From an uncultured Candidatus Poseidoniales archaeon (GTDB taxonomy: Archaea > Thermoplasmatota > Poseidoniia > Poseidoniales > Poseidoniaceae): a DNA stretch of 64,000 nt. The notes beneath the pieces are model-generated. The model saw only the letters and a list, made by a program, of their open reading frames with translations, was not told the DNA's origin and did not search any database. This document shows positions 51,501 through 59,899 of this stretch, piece after piece (position 1 is the stretch's first letter; every line of letters begins with the position of its first letter). The position numbers and the translations under genes are program-made. The stretch covers positions 2,969-66,968 of the forward strand of contig CAXEMN010000004.1 of assembly GCA_963997415.1 (NCBI GenBank), in the 5' to 3' direction.

Positions 51501-52830
51501 AGCGCATGGTGAGAGGGGCTGGTGATGCGCTACCGGGTGTGAACTTGAAGGCACGAATCCCCCATCCTTCTACGGTATGTCCAGTCGAGGACCAAGGTCC
51601 AGCCCAATCGCTATTGGTATCGGCAGGTTGGACCCTACAGAACGAGTTTGAAGAGCAGGTCGGGGTTAAATCAAGGTTTGAAAATCCGTAAATGCCCTGT
51701 GTTGAATCCAGGACGGCTGCGATTGAGAAATTAGCAAAGATCTCGCCCATGGTTCGGCCTAACATCCCACTCTGTCCGCTGACTGGTGACAAAGCAAGGT
51801 TTTCGACACCCAAACCGCCTGTCGCAGAATCCTGAACAAGTTGTCGAACCGCTGGACCGCCGCCAAGGTGGTCGGCAAGGTACATTGTGAAAATGAATCC
51901 TGCGCCGTAATCAGCAAACCGTTGATTCCACCATCGCACCGAGAGTTCGGAGGCTGATGTCCATTGATTCAGGTGGGACACAAGGGTTGAATCGGCCCCG
52001 AAGCACAGGTAAATCGCAACATCCGCATTGCCTTCATCGATCCATAGATTTTCATAAGGATCCTGCGCATTGTGCAAGAGATGTTCCATTTCGTGCGCTA
52101 AAATCGATTTGCCCCATGAGAGGGTGATATCGGCGTAATCAACGTACAAGGCTTCTCTTGAAGTCGCCAGAGAAGGTGCGAAGTAGCCTCCGATGTTGAA
52201 GGCACCATCGATGTCATAGATGACGATCTGTACTTGACAGTTATTGTCGACATCTGGCGGTGCAAGGCCACGTCCATCGGAGTAATCCTTTCCATAATAG
52301 GTGGTCATGGTAGGGTAAATTGTGCTGTCCCAAGAGGATGCGAGGTTGTTGAGTACGGTGGATGAGAGCGTTCTACCACTCTGGACCAAGAACGCAACGG
52401 TGTTGGTTGTTTTTGCCACATACACATCAATAGAGCCTCCTGAAGTTGGTACGGTGAGCTGGTCGTTCACCACGTGAGGGTTACAGGCTCGCCCTGCCGC
52501 ACGAGCGGAGGTTTGAGGTTGAATGACCATCTCTTCTGCCCCTGGCCGCCCCTCTTCAATCCAGGCGTTTTTCAAGAAAGAAAACGCTGAAACCACCGGG
52601 ACTTCTTCTTCGATCATGATGTATTCTCGCCCTTGCGAGGGGTCGAAATCCGCAATATCTCCAATAATGGTTCCACCTGCATCATAGACCTCAACGACCT
52701 CGGTTTCGGACGACGCAGAGGCTGCGGGAGCAAGAAGCGGCGCGAATAATGCTGCGCAGAGAACAGTGACGAGAAAGAGGGCAGATGTAGAGCGCGGTTC
52801 CGACATTGATGACACCTCAGGTATTCGCAT
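48598..52830 (-). CDS. large cell-surface zinc metalloprotease (HExxH...E, gluzincin-like) with multiple PKD repeats and C-terminal TM anchor
   Basis: 1410 aa. Signal peptide. HEMEHLLHNAQDPYENLWIDEGNAD zinc-binding motif. At least five PKD-like repeats (WDFGDNS, WDWGDGT, WSFPDG, WTFSDGT, WDFGDGS). TM LATFVALIAVALILGYLVM near the C-terminus. Confidence 0.65.
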   Translation of the reverse strand: MRIPEVSSMSEPRSTSALFLVTVLCAALFAPLLAPAASASSETEVVEVYDAGGTIIGDIADFDPSQGREYIMIEEEVPVVSAFSFLKNAWIEEGRPGAEEMVIQPQTSARAAGRACNPHVVNDQLTVPTSGGSIDVYVAKTTNTVAFLVQSGRTLSSTVLNNLASSWDSTIYPTMTTYYGKDYSDGRGLAPPDVDNNCQVQIVIYDIDGAFNIGGYFAPSLATSREALYVDYADITLSWGKSILAHEMEHLLHNAQDPYENLWIDEGNADVAIYLCFGADSTLVSHLNQWTSASELSVRWWNQRFADYGAGFIFTMYLADHLGGGPAVRQLVQDSATGGLGVENLALSPVSGQSGMLGRTMGEIFANFSIAAVLDSTQGIYGFSNLDLTPTCSSNSFCRVQPADTNSDWAGPWSSTGHTVEGWGIRAFKFTPGSASPAPLTMRLTADVSQFDGVVVSQSTADGLWSVTDLNFQNNVATALVPGFGNLTNEVWAITWYASTVADCDYTSCGSSYPQGTVDIEAARITAPASLTVTATDAQIDRDGDGAPDTAQIDYEVFSNAFFEDLDVTMTVLDASGVEVDRLTKRVAAGGGVATEESFWFTAPLNGQYTFKMDMVDMIGTTVDSITTAPQVLNNMKPTANGTLDPNATQTWENVQFTGDGFDAWGLSLDNNSLPYLDAPIAYAWDFGDNSTSGLKSPLRSYESAGVYNVTLRVMDQGNTWSETSVLQINVSDTTPPLPIITVNNVVIENEINILTNQLILFSAARTIDNVPTDRLEYSWDWGDGTIDSGIGVYEYAHEWGDISGTVATYNLTLTVSDGINTGIKEIIVNVNNRIPFQIFTDNLSTYTYTAIVMPDVFTDDDGTIVAYEWSFPDGVNLDGGISDRTDEFISTTSNSANPMPAWNSPGLKSVVLTVTDDDGSSVTTTLSVMVHNQLPVSDFIVRTTATTGSSTVDFRVEDGQVDTPYTFDGRDSFDPDGTVGDSSDLTFNWTFSDGTFGDRPQVTHTFTEPGIHSVTLVVFDEAGEASTPRILTIEMANPLPIISVRILDAWIDGELITDSTTFEEGTMPDMWSRTFNEAGDTYAAPHTLLYFDSDGTRDGDRMFEGKYIPLEAESPDWNGLVQYTWDFGDGSPINSEPSPWHAFTLPGEYTVTLTVRDAFGTGDVSRASFTVLVDHPPVIHNLLIPDEIFSGDSNSLSANISDLEVDLGIALYRDTNVNDGSISDRDESLNPDLVVRWDLDIEVDENENGDPADDWVDPLSGSTSRISATYEDPGVYTLMIQVCDGLGMCVEMTQDIEVSTPPNAAPSLSDFSVDDWKSWLTEAGSDLATFVALIAVALILGYLVMREPSDLEDEAKQAAESYADVELVENQGGLLGMDHHTPPPAPGILSKDERRSDDSGYVRPLRRRG

Positions 52831-52894
52831 TACTGCTTAACAACTGCACGACTTGAAAAGAGGTATTTAAGACTGGGTCTATGAGGCTTCACAT

Positions 52895-54124
52895 ATGCTC
52901 ACGCGAACTCGGAGTGGTTTACGCCCCCCGAATCATGCCATAGAGGCGCTTATTCTCGCATTTTTGATGCTTACAGCTTGCCTGAGTACGACCCAAGCCC
53001 AGAGCATCAAGGAACCGTACCAAATTGTCGATGCTTGTGAGCAGGTTGATTCGTTGGAATTCAACGGCACGATTGCCAATGCCTCGATTACGGAACAAGT
53101 AAACTTGGGACCAAGAACAACTGGATCCAACGGCAGCGCCGACCTTCGCACGATGATCCATTCGGAATTAAGTCACTTAGAGGTTGCAAATAACACCTAC
53201 ACTGAAGACAACATCACGTTCACTAACGTGGTCGCAAAGTACTCGCCTGGTGAAGCCAATGCATCACGACCAAGAGTTGTACTGGTTGCCCATTATGACT
53301 CACGTGATGTTGCTGAACGAGATCCTGATCAGAATCGGACCATGGAACCAATCCCTGGCGCAAACGATGCGGCAAGCGGTGTTGCAGTCCTGCTTGAACT
53401 TGGAAGAATCATACCATCTATGAATCTTGAATACGATGTTGAACTGCTGTTCACTGATGCTGAAGATCAGAATTTTTCGACTGGGAGCCTGTACGGCGCA
53501 AGAGCATGGGTCGATAACCAAAGTGAATCTGAGGTGAATCGGACAACGGCATACATCGTCGTGGACATGGTTGGCGATATTTTTCTACAACTCACCCATG
53601 TCTACCCCGGCGACAACGCCTTGTGGACCACAATCCCGCCGCTTGCTGCCGCCATTGGCCTCATGGACACCGAAACCGATTGCAATGGTAACTTGGGCAG
53701 AGACATTGTCAACATGACCATCAGCACTGGTGTCATCGATGACCATGTGCCAGCACTCAACAGAGGCATCAGGGCGATTGATTTGATCGACATACGCTTT
53801 GGCGAAGGTGCTGAACCCTTCGGAGGCCATTGGCATACTCATGAAGATACACCTGACAAAGTCAGCGCTCAATCCTTGCAGGATGTTGGTTCACTGGTGG
53901 AACTTGGACTTCGCTCGAATGCCTGGATTTTTGATTTCCAGGCCATTGAAGAAAACCAAGACCAAATCGATGAAACCGAGGCTGAAGAATCAGATTCTTC
54001 CTCACAAGAACTGGAGGTCGAACGATACACAGGGTTGGCCGTTGTAGCACTCCTCGGTATTGGAGCGGCAATGACCCTGATGCTGGTGCTTGGCTATGCT
54101 GTCAATTTACGACGGGAACAATAA
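52895..54124 (+). CDS. M28-family zinc peptidase (aminopeptidase-like), membrane anchored
   Basis: VLVAHYDSRD and GANDAASGVAVLLELGRI are M28 metal-ligand blocks. C-terminal TM. Confidence 0.7.
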   Translation: MLTRTRSGLRPPNHAIEALILAFLMLTACLSTTQAQSIKEPYQIVDACEQVDSLEFNGTIANASITEQVNLGPRTTGSNGSADLRTMIHSELSHLEVANNTYTEDNITFTNVVAKYSPGEANASRPRVVLVAHYDSRDVAERDPDQNRTMEPIPGANDAASGVAVLLELGRIIPSMNLEYDVELLFTDAEDQNFSTGSLYGARAWVDNQSESEVNRTTAYIVVDMVGDIFLQLTHVYPGDNALWTTIPPLAAAIGLMDTETDCNGNLGRDIVNMTISTGVIDDHVPALNRGIRAIDLIDIRFGEGAEPFGGHWHTHEDTPDKVSAQSLQDVGSLVELGLRSNAWIFDFQAIEENQDQIDETEAEESDSSSQELEVERYTGLAVVALLGIGAAMTLMLVLGYAVNLRREQ

Positions 54125-54190
54125 AGCGCGGACAAGAAGGGAAAGGCGTATTATCCGCGCACGCACCCAGTTCAACATAGCGGGGGTGAG

Positions 54191-55075
54191 ATGATGGCGG
54201 ATGACTCTGATTTTGACGAGCGGCGAGAAGCCCTCAAAGCCCGTGTTCAAGCCCAAATCGAAGCTTCAAAAGAAGCTAAATTAGAACGTCAACAAAACGC
54301 TTCTGAAGAACTTGTGGTCGATGAATCCGATTTGAACGATGCCATTGCCCAAGCCAATGAAGAATTCAACGAGCATATGGCATCGATGGAAAATGCCAAC
54401 GCCTCCCAACTACGAACGCTTGCTGCATCCCTCATTCTTGTCGGTAGCATCCTTGGAATGGCGTCTGGCGGATTGATTCTCCAAGGCAATCCTGCAGATC
54501 TCATCAACGCATTTAGCGTGATTGGGAACGATGAATCGGTCGACGTTTCGGGAATTGTCCTCGAACCAGACGGGAGTGCGGTCGCGGACGTCAATGTGGA
54601 GTTGATGAACGTAGACTCCGGCGAAGTGATCGGTTTAACAACGACGGATTCCAATGGCTATTTTTGGTTCAAATCGATCGACGTCACAGAATTACAACTG
54701 ACATTCACGCTCGATGGTCATACAACCGTCGAACGGATCTTCATTCCCGATGGAGCACAAATCAAGCCAATCACGCTCCGTGAAGGAACCGGTACCGTTG
54801 TCGAAAATGAAATCGTTTCAAGGGACGGTTGGAATACAGAAAACGCAGTTGCATTATCTACCGCAGTTGGCGTGTTGACCGTGCTCACTGGCTTGATTGG
54901 GGTGCAATCAGCAGTCGAGGCTCGAAGGGCAAAACGATACAGACGAACCCAGTACCTCGCTGGCCTTGCCCTGTTTAGCAGGGGCCTGATTATCTTTGGA
55001 CCTGCTTTGATCCTTGCAGGCATGATGTTACTCATGAAGAGTCGTGATCAATTTTCCGATGTAGGCGGTGAGTGA
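54191..55075 (+). CDS. hypothetical membrane protein with carboxypeptidase-regulatory-like (CarboxypepD_reg) beta domain
   Basis: VSGIVLEPDGSAVADVNVELMNVDSGEVIGLTTTDSNGYFWFKSI matches the Cna-B/CarboxypepD_reg pattern. Flanking TM helices. Confidence 0.4.
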   Translation: MMADDSDFDERREALKARVQAQIEASKEAKLERQQNASEELVVDESDLNDAIAQANEEFNEHMASMENANASQLRTLAASLILVGSILGMASGGLILQGNPADLINAFSVIGNDESVDVSGIVLEPDGSAVADVNVELMNVDSGEVIGLTTTDSNGYFWFKSIDVTELQLTFTLDGHTTVERIFIPDGAQIKPITLREGTGTVVENEIVSRDGWNTENAVALSTAVGVLTVLTGLIGVQSAVEARRAKRYRRTQYLAGLALFSRGLIIFGPALILAGMMLLMKSRDQFSDVGGE

Positions 55076-56428
55076 ATGTACCTGATCAGCGTCGAGGGCG
55101 GCGATGGTTCTGGGAAGGGTGAAGCTGCTCGTTTACTGCTTGAATTAGCAGCGGAATTTCCGTTCCCTCAAATCCATGCCACACACGAGCCAAGGAGACA
55201 CAGTGAACTTGGTAAGTTGGCACTTACATCTGTAAAATTAGGCGATAAGACACCGTTGGAAGAAGCAGGTCTTTTTGCCGCAGATCGACTTGACCATTCA
55301 CACACATGGATCCGGCCTTTGCTTCAGCAAGGCCATATTGTCATTTCAGACCGCAACATCCACTCATCACTCATCTACCAGGGTGTTGTTGGCAATCTTG
55401 GGGTTGAACAGGTCGCAAAAATGAACGCTGCTGCGATGGTCCCAGACCTTGTGTTGTGGATCGATTGTGACCCTGCCAAAGCGATAAAACGTATTCGAAC
55501 CGGCACATTGCGAATGACGAGTGAGAAGCAAGAGTATTTCGAAACCCCCGAAATTCAAACGACAATTCGCCAAGGTTTCAACGACCTTTTGTCGGGAAAA
55601 ATCACAGTACCTGCGCCTTTTGACAAGTGCTGCGTCGTGGGCCCGATTCTCAATGAAGGTGGATTGGATGATTTGAAGAAAAAATTGAGGACCGAACTTC
55701 GCGCCTTCTTCAACCGAAAGCCGACACCACTCAATGTTGATCCAGATGAAGTTGATCGCCATCTGTTGAGCACCTTAGTCCGGGATGTCAAAAAACAAAC
55801 GCGACTCCCTGGTGCCCCTCAAGAGAGAACTGCGATTCACATCGGTTGGCTATCAGGCCGTTCCCCCTCACAATGGATGCAAGAGGCAGAAGACAAGTGG
55901 CCTGTTGAAAGTGCCCGTGCATACGATGTCCCTGCCACCCCACATGCACAATCATGTTGGTCTGTTCTTGGCACCCTCTCGCTGATTGTCGGGTCAAGTG
56001 AAGTGCCTCGACTCCACCGCGCTTTTGGACCTCATAGGATGGTAACCCAACGGCACACGCAACGACTCGTCAAGTGGTTGGAAGAAGAACGTTGGATCCA
56101 TAAACAACAATCTCACGTTCCTTTTGCTGAGGCCCAAGTGTTCAAACTTCGAGATGAACGGCTCGGTTATGGTCGCCTAGCACTGGCCATGTGGCCCCTA
56201 CGTGCCCAACTCGCCTCATGGCGAAGAGCCAATCCCAAGGCAAACTGGAGTCATGCCTTGTCCGCAATTGCATCCCCCGAAGATGGTAGGACGCCTCCGC
56301 CAGCCGTTCGTAAAGGACTTGAAGACATCATGAAACGACTTCACATGCTTTCCAGTGGACATGAGCATTGCCCCGTCCCAAATTCACTTGAGGAATTGCT
56401 GGCATGGTGGCAAATCCCACCACCGTGA
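55076..56428 (+). CDS. tmk: thymidylate (dTMP) kinase fused to a ~240-aa C-terminal domain of unknown function
   Basis: N-terminal ISVEGGDGSGKG P-loop and the dTMP-kinase fold over ~210 aa. The C-terminal half has no recognised motif. Confidence 0.6.
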   Translation: MYLISVEGGDGSGKGEAARLLLELAAEFPFPQIHATHEPRRHSELGKLALTSVKLGDKTPLEEAGLFAADRLDHSHTWIRPLLQQGHIVISDRNIHSSLIYQGVVGNLGVEQVAKMNAAAMVPDLVLWIDCDPAKAIKRIRTGTLRMTSEKQEYFETPEIQTTIRQGFNDLLSGKITVPAPFDKCCVVGPILNEGGLDDLKKKLRTELRAFFNRKPTPLNVDPDEVDRHLLSTLVRDVKKQTRLPGAPQERTAIHIGWLSGRSPSQWMQEAEDKWPVESARAYDVPATPHAQSCWSVLGTLSLIVGSSEVPRLHRAFGPHRMVTQRHTQRLVKWLEEERWIHKQQSHVPFAEAQVFKLRDERLGYGRLALAMWPLRAQLASWRRANPKANWSHALSAIASPEDGRTPPPAVRKGLEDIMKRLHMLSSGHEHCPVPNSLEELLAWWQIPPP

Positions 56429-57211
56429 TTACTCTTCTTCGGATTTCAATTGAAACCTTGCATTGCCTGGAAGGACGACATCCGAGGCATGGTCGAATTT
56501 TTCTGCACGAGCGCCAATCGATGCTCCAATCAAAATGGCCAAACCTAGTCCAAACGGAGCCCCTGTCAGGGGCCTTGTGAGATTATTCGATTCATAGCCG
56601 GTCAACAGTTGGGTAAAACCATCAATGATCAATGGCATACACAAAACGATACCACAAGCAAGCCAAGCCAGTGTTCTGCGGTTTTTGACATAGACATCCA
56701 CCAACCATTCATCTGGCAGCAACGAGAGGCAAGTATCTCGCACTGTCCACCGATTATACGAGCGCCTCGAGAAGAGAACACCCCCCATCATCAAACCAAA
56801 GAAAATGCCGACATCACGCGTGCAAACTGGCATTTGATTGCCACCGATCATCCATGAACGTTCATGATTTTGGTGGCAATTCAGATCCGCAAAGGCATAG
56901 ATAAAACCGGTGTAAAGGTCCAATTCACTCCAACTGAAGTGATCGTGTTGGTGAAGTGTTCCGTCAGCATGCTCATGAAGTGACCCCTGTGGAGAATTAC
57001 CGTATGAATTCGAACCGTCTTTGGATGCAAAGTCAAACGTATTTGCTCTGCCGTTGATATCAACGACCGTCCCCTCAGGGAGGATTAATGGTGCAGCGAA
57101 GAAGGAAAAGAAAAAGAATCCAGATATTCCTGCAATCCACAGGCCAATTTTCCGCTCCCTTAAGCGGTGTTCGAGCCCGTTTTTCTCCACGTTCCTACTA
57201 AACGAATTCAA
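56429..57211 (-). CDS. DUF2085-like polytopic membrane protein
   Basis: Conserved-cysteine pattern LNCHQNH...MPVCTRDVGIFFGLMMG resembles the DUF2085 CHQ / CxRCxGiy signature. Confidence 0.35.
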   Translation of the reverse strand: MNSFSRNVEKNGLEHRLRERKIGLWIAGISGFFFFSFFAAPLILPEGTVVDINGRANTFDFASKDGSNSYGNSPQGSLHEHADGTLHQHDHFSWSELDLYTGFIYAFADLNCHQNHERSWMIGGNQMPVCTRDVGIFFGLMMGGVLFSRRSYNRWTVRDTCLSLLPDEWLVDVYVKNRRTLAWLACGIVLCMPLIIDGFTQLLTGYESNNLTRPLTGAPFGLGLAILIGASIGARAEKFDHASDVVLPGNARFQLKSEEE

Positions 57212-57234
57212 TAGATATAGTTTGGTACCAAACA

Positions 57235-57906
57235 GTGGGAGGCTTGATGTGCATCCGCCTTAGAACAACAACCATGGAGCTTGAGGAGGGTGAGCCAGTT
57301 GGCCTCGTCACAGGCCTTCAAGCAGGGGCCTTTTTGGGACTTTATCTTGGATTCAGTCTTGCGGTGATCTCGGTGCTGACCGACCCCACGCAGCTCAAGC
57401 GTTTAGGCGGACTCATGTGCACCCCTCCAGTGCTTGGAGCTGTGTGCTTGGGACCTTTTTTGGCCCGGCGCAGAAAACCTGTCGACCTTGGAAAGCGCCC
57501 ACTTTCCCACGCAAGAGAAACATTGGCTTCGTTCAACGAAGGTCAAGGCCGATGGCGAGTGCTCAGTCATGTGAAGAGCGATGGCATGTCCATTCGGATC
57601 GATATGCACGACCTTACAAATTTACGTGGGGTTGTTGATGCGGCACTTCCTTTATCCAATCATTGTTCAGTCAAATTCATTGTTGGCCGAGGCGTACAAA
57701 CCTCTCGTCAACCTGAATTAAGGCAACGTGTGCTTGAATTGGTGGAGGAACGTGTGGTTTTGACTCGGAGAAAAAGAACAGCAAAGTCAATCGAGATTTC
57801 GCCCATTCCAACAGTCAAGTATGTCGACCAACAAAGGAAGATTAACCGGGCCTTGTTGATTCTTTTACCGATTTTCTCGTTCTTTGCTTGGCTTGAAATG
57901 AAATAA
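57235..57906 (+). CDS. membrane protein with Smr (small MutS-related)-like domain
   Basis: IRIDMHDLTNLRGVVDAALPLSNHCSVKFIVGRGVQTSRQPELRQRVLELVEE resembles the Smr LDLHG...IIHGKG pattern. N-terminal TM helices. Confidence 0.35.
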   Translation: MGGLMCIRLRTTTMELEEGEPVGLVTGLQAGAFLGLYLGFSLAVISVLTDPTQLKRLGGLMCTPPVLGAVCLGPFLARRRKPVDLGKRPLSHARETLASFNEGQGRWRVLSHVKSDGMSIRIDMHDLTNLRGVVDAALPLSNHCSVKFIVGRGVQTSRQPELRQRVLELVEERVVLTRRKRTAKSIEISPIPTVKYVDQQRKINRALLILLPIFSFFAWLEMK

Positions 57907-58035
57907 ATAGTTCACCGCAGTAGAATTTAAGCACCCAACTACGCTAACATCTCCATGCGCGAGGTCACCTTCTTTTGGAAGCGGTCAAATGTCAGCCACC
58001 TCGTGACTGGGCCAATCACTGAAGTAATACAAAGC

Positions 58036-58878
58036 ATGTACTTCATCTCATACGCCCGAAGAGTTCCTAAGGATATTCGATGTATTTTCAAAGTCCACTT
58101 CCAGCCTGGAATGGGTCCAGCGGACATCGAACGGATCGGTTTCATTGAACTGATTGAAGTGCTCATGGATGCTGAAAATGATGGCGATGGGACAATCCTT
58201 CTTGCACGTTTAAGCCACCCTGCATCTAACCTAAGCGCAAGAATCAATGGCACTTCAGCAGTTCCAGGGGCCTGTTTTCTAGACGGCGAGGGGATCACCT
58301 ATACCATACAAGGCCCACCCATTAGTCTGCGTCTGTTCAGTGGGTTTTTGCGCATGATTGCAAAACCAGATCGGACAAGTGCAAGGAGTGTGAAATTTGC
58401 TGTGAATGAAGAAAACGGTGCGCTGTCTCGCAAACAACTCAAACTTGCCAAATTCGCCTACGATCGAGGCTATTTCGATACGCCAAAGCGAATTCGAATC
58501 GCCGAATTAGCCCAAGAACTCGGCTTAGCACGAGCCACCATCTCTGAGCACATGGCACGCATTGAATCTACAATTATGGACGACATGTTTTCTTCATTTT
58601 CTGAAATCTATGTGCCGCCAGAAACACTCAGAGAATTGCTTGAGGTGGTGGCCGATGATCATGATGATTCGAAAAATCAAGACAAAGATGCATACCGTGC
58701 TGTCATGCAACAAATTCGCACCTCGGTTCAGGACGAATTATCGAGAATCGAGATCGTTGAAGAAAACCAAATGGATGTCCAAGCCTATGTCGAAGAATCG
58801 ATGAGAGCACACAAAGAAAACATCACCTACATCGATGACCTGACTGCCAATAAAAACAATGGAATCAATCAACTTTGA
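58036..58878 (+). CDS. HTH_10 (Bat-type) transcriptional regulator with N-terminal sensory domain
   Basis: C-terminal KRIRIAELAQELGLARATISEHMARIEST helix-turn-helix typical of archaeal HTH_10 regulators. Start is uncertain (ORF opens at 57955). Confidence 0.5.
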   Translation: MYFISYARRVPKDIRCIFKVHFQPGMGPADIERIGFIELIEVLMDAENDGDGTILLARLSHPASNLSARINGTSAVPGACFLDGEGITYTIQGPPISLRLFSGFLRMIAKPDRTSARSVKFAVNEENGALSRKQLKLAKFAYDRGYFDTPKRIRIAELAQELGLARATISEHMARIESTIMDDMFSSFSEIYVPPETLRELLEVVADDHDDSKNQDKDAYRAVMQQIRTSVQDELSRIEIVEENQMDVQAYVEESMRAHKENITYIDDLTANKNNGINQL

Positions 58879-59894
58879 GCCGATGCTTTACATGGGCCGG
58901 CGAATCTGTGCAGTTCATGACCGACATAGCGGGGTTGCTGCGACGTTTGGAAAAGGGCGGTATTCCGATGACGGCCTCTATTCGTGAAGCAATGCTGAAC
59001 GTGGAAATTGAGGATTTCACAGATTATGAAACAGAACCGTTCTATGTTGACCGCCCTGTGCCATTTATGGAAACTGATGCAGGTGCAGTGAAGACAATCT
59101 CAGCACCGCACATGGTGGCCACTTTACTCCACCACATGGAACTAAACTCCGGTGATGATGTCGTCATTGTTGGAGCCAAAGGAGGTTACATTGCAGCACT
59201 GATCGCCACCATCGTCGGAGAACACGGCTTTGTGCGCGTGCTCGATCCTTCGCAAGATGCGGTGCTCCATGTTCGCCAGCGACTTACACATTGGCCAACG
59301 GTTGAAGTGCGCGAGTTAGAATCAGTCGATGTCGCCCCTGTCGCTTTCCCTGGTGACCTGCACCGAGTTCTCGTCACGGGCCAAATCAATTCACTTCCAC
59401 ATTGGATTTCTGACCGAGTCATCGAGGGCGGCTTTATCTTAGCACCACTTGGTCCGAAAAGTAGCCAACAACTCATGAAAATGGAACTTCAAGATGGAGA
59501 ATTGATGCCAACCGATCTTGGCCCCGTGGCCTTTGGGCCTGTCGATGTCCGTCGAGGAGAGCCTGGTCCTATGAGTGCTGATGAACTTGCAGACATGATT
59601 GAATTGACGATACAAACATGTGAGGATTTAGGTTTGATTGAAGATGATGAACGTCATGCAATGCAAGACTTGGTCGTCAATCTTAGGAATCTACCCGATG
59701 ACTTGCCACCACCTGGAGAAGGCATGATACCGATGGAAGAGCACCCAATGATTCAGTTGATGTGGGAAGCTGCACCATCGTTCTTCCGATTGTGGCCCAT
59801 GCTACAAACGATGCTGCACCCGAACCTCGCCCAACCAGGAGCAGAGGATTGGGACGATGAAAACGAGAGCGATGATGGTGAATTCAAACCCTAA
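58875..59894 (+). CDS. pcm: protein-L-isoaspartate O-methyltransferase with C-terminal extension
   Basis: ISAPHMVATLL and VVIVGAKGGYIAALIA match the PIMT pre-motif and SAM motif I. 339 aa, versus ~215 aa for the typical enzyme. Confidence 0.6.
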   Translation: MSRCFTWAGESVQFMTDIAGLLRRLEKGGIPMTASIREAMLNVEIEDFTDYETEPFYVDRPVPFMETDAGAVKTISAPHMVATLLHHMELNSGDDVVIVGAKGGYIAALIATIVGEHGFVRVLDPSQDAVLHVRQRLTHWPTVEVRELESVDVAPVAFPGDLHRVLVTGQINSLPHWISDRVIEGGFILAPLGPKSSQQLMKMELQDGELMPTDLGPVAFGPVDVRRGEPGPMSADELADMIELTIQTCEDLGLIEDDERHAMQDLVVNLRNLPDDLPPPGEGMIPMEEHPMIQLMWEAAPSFFRLWPMLQTMLHPNLAQPGAEDWDDENESDDGEFKP

Positions 59895-59899
59895 ATCGA

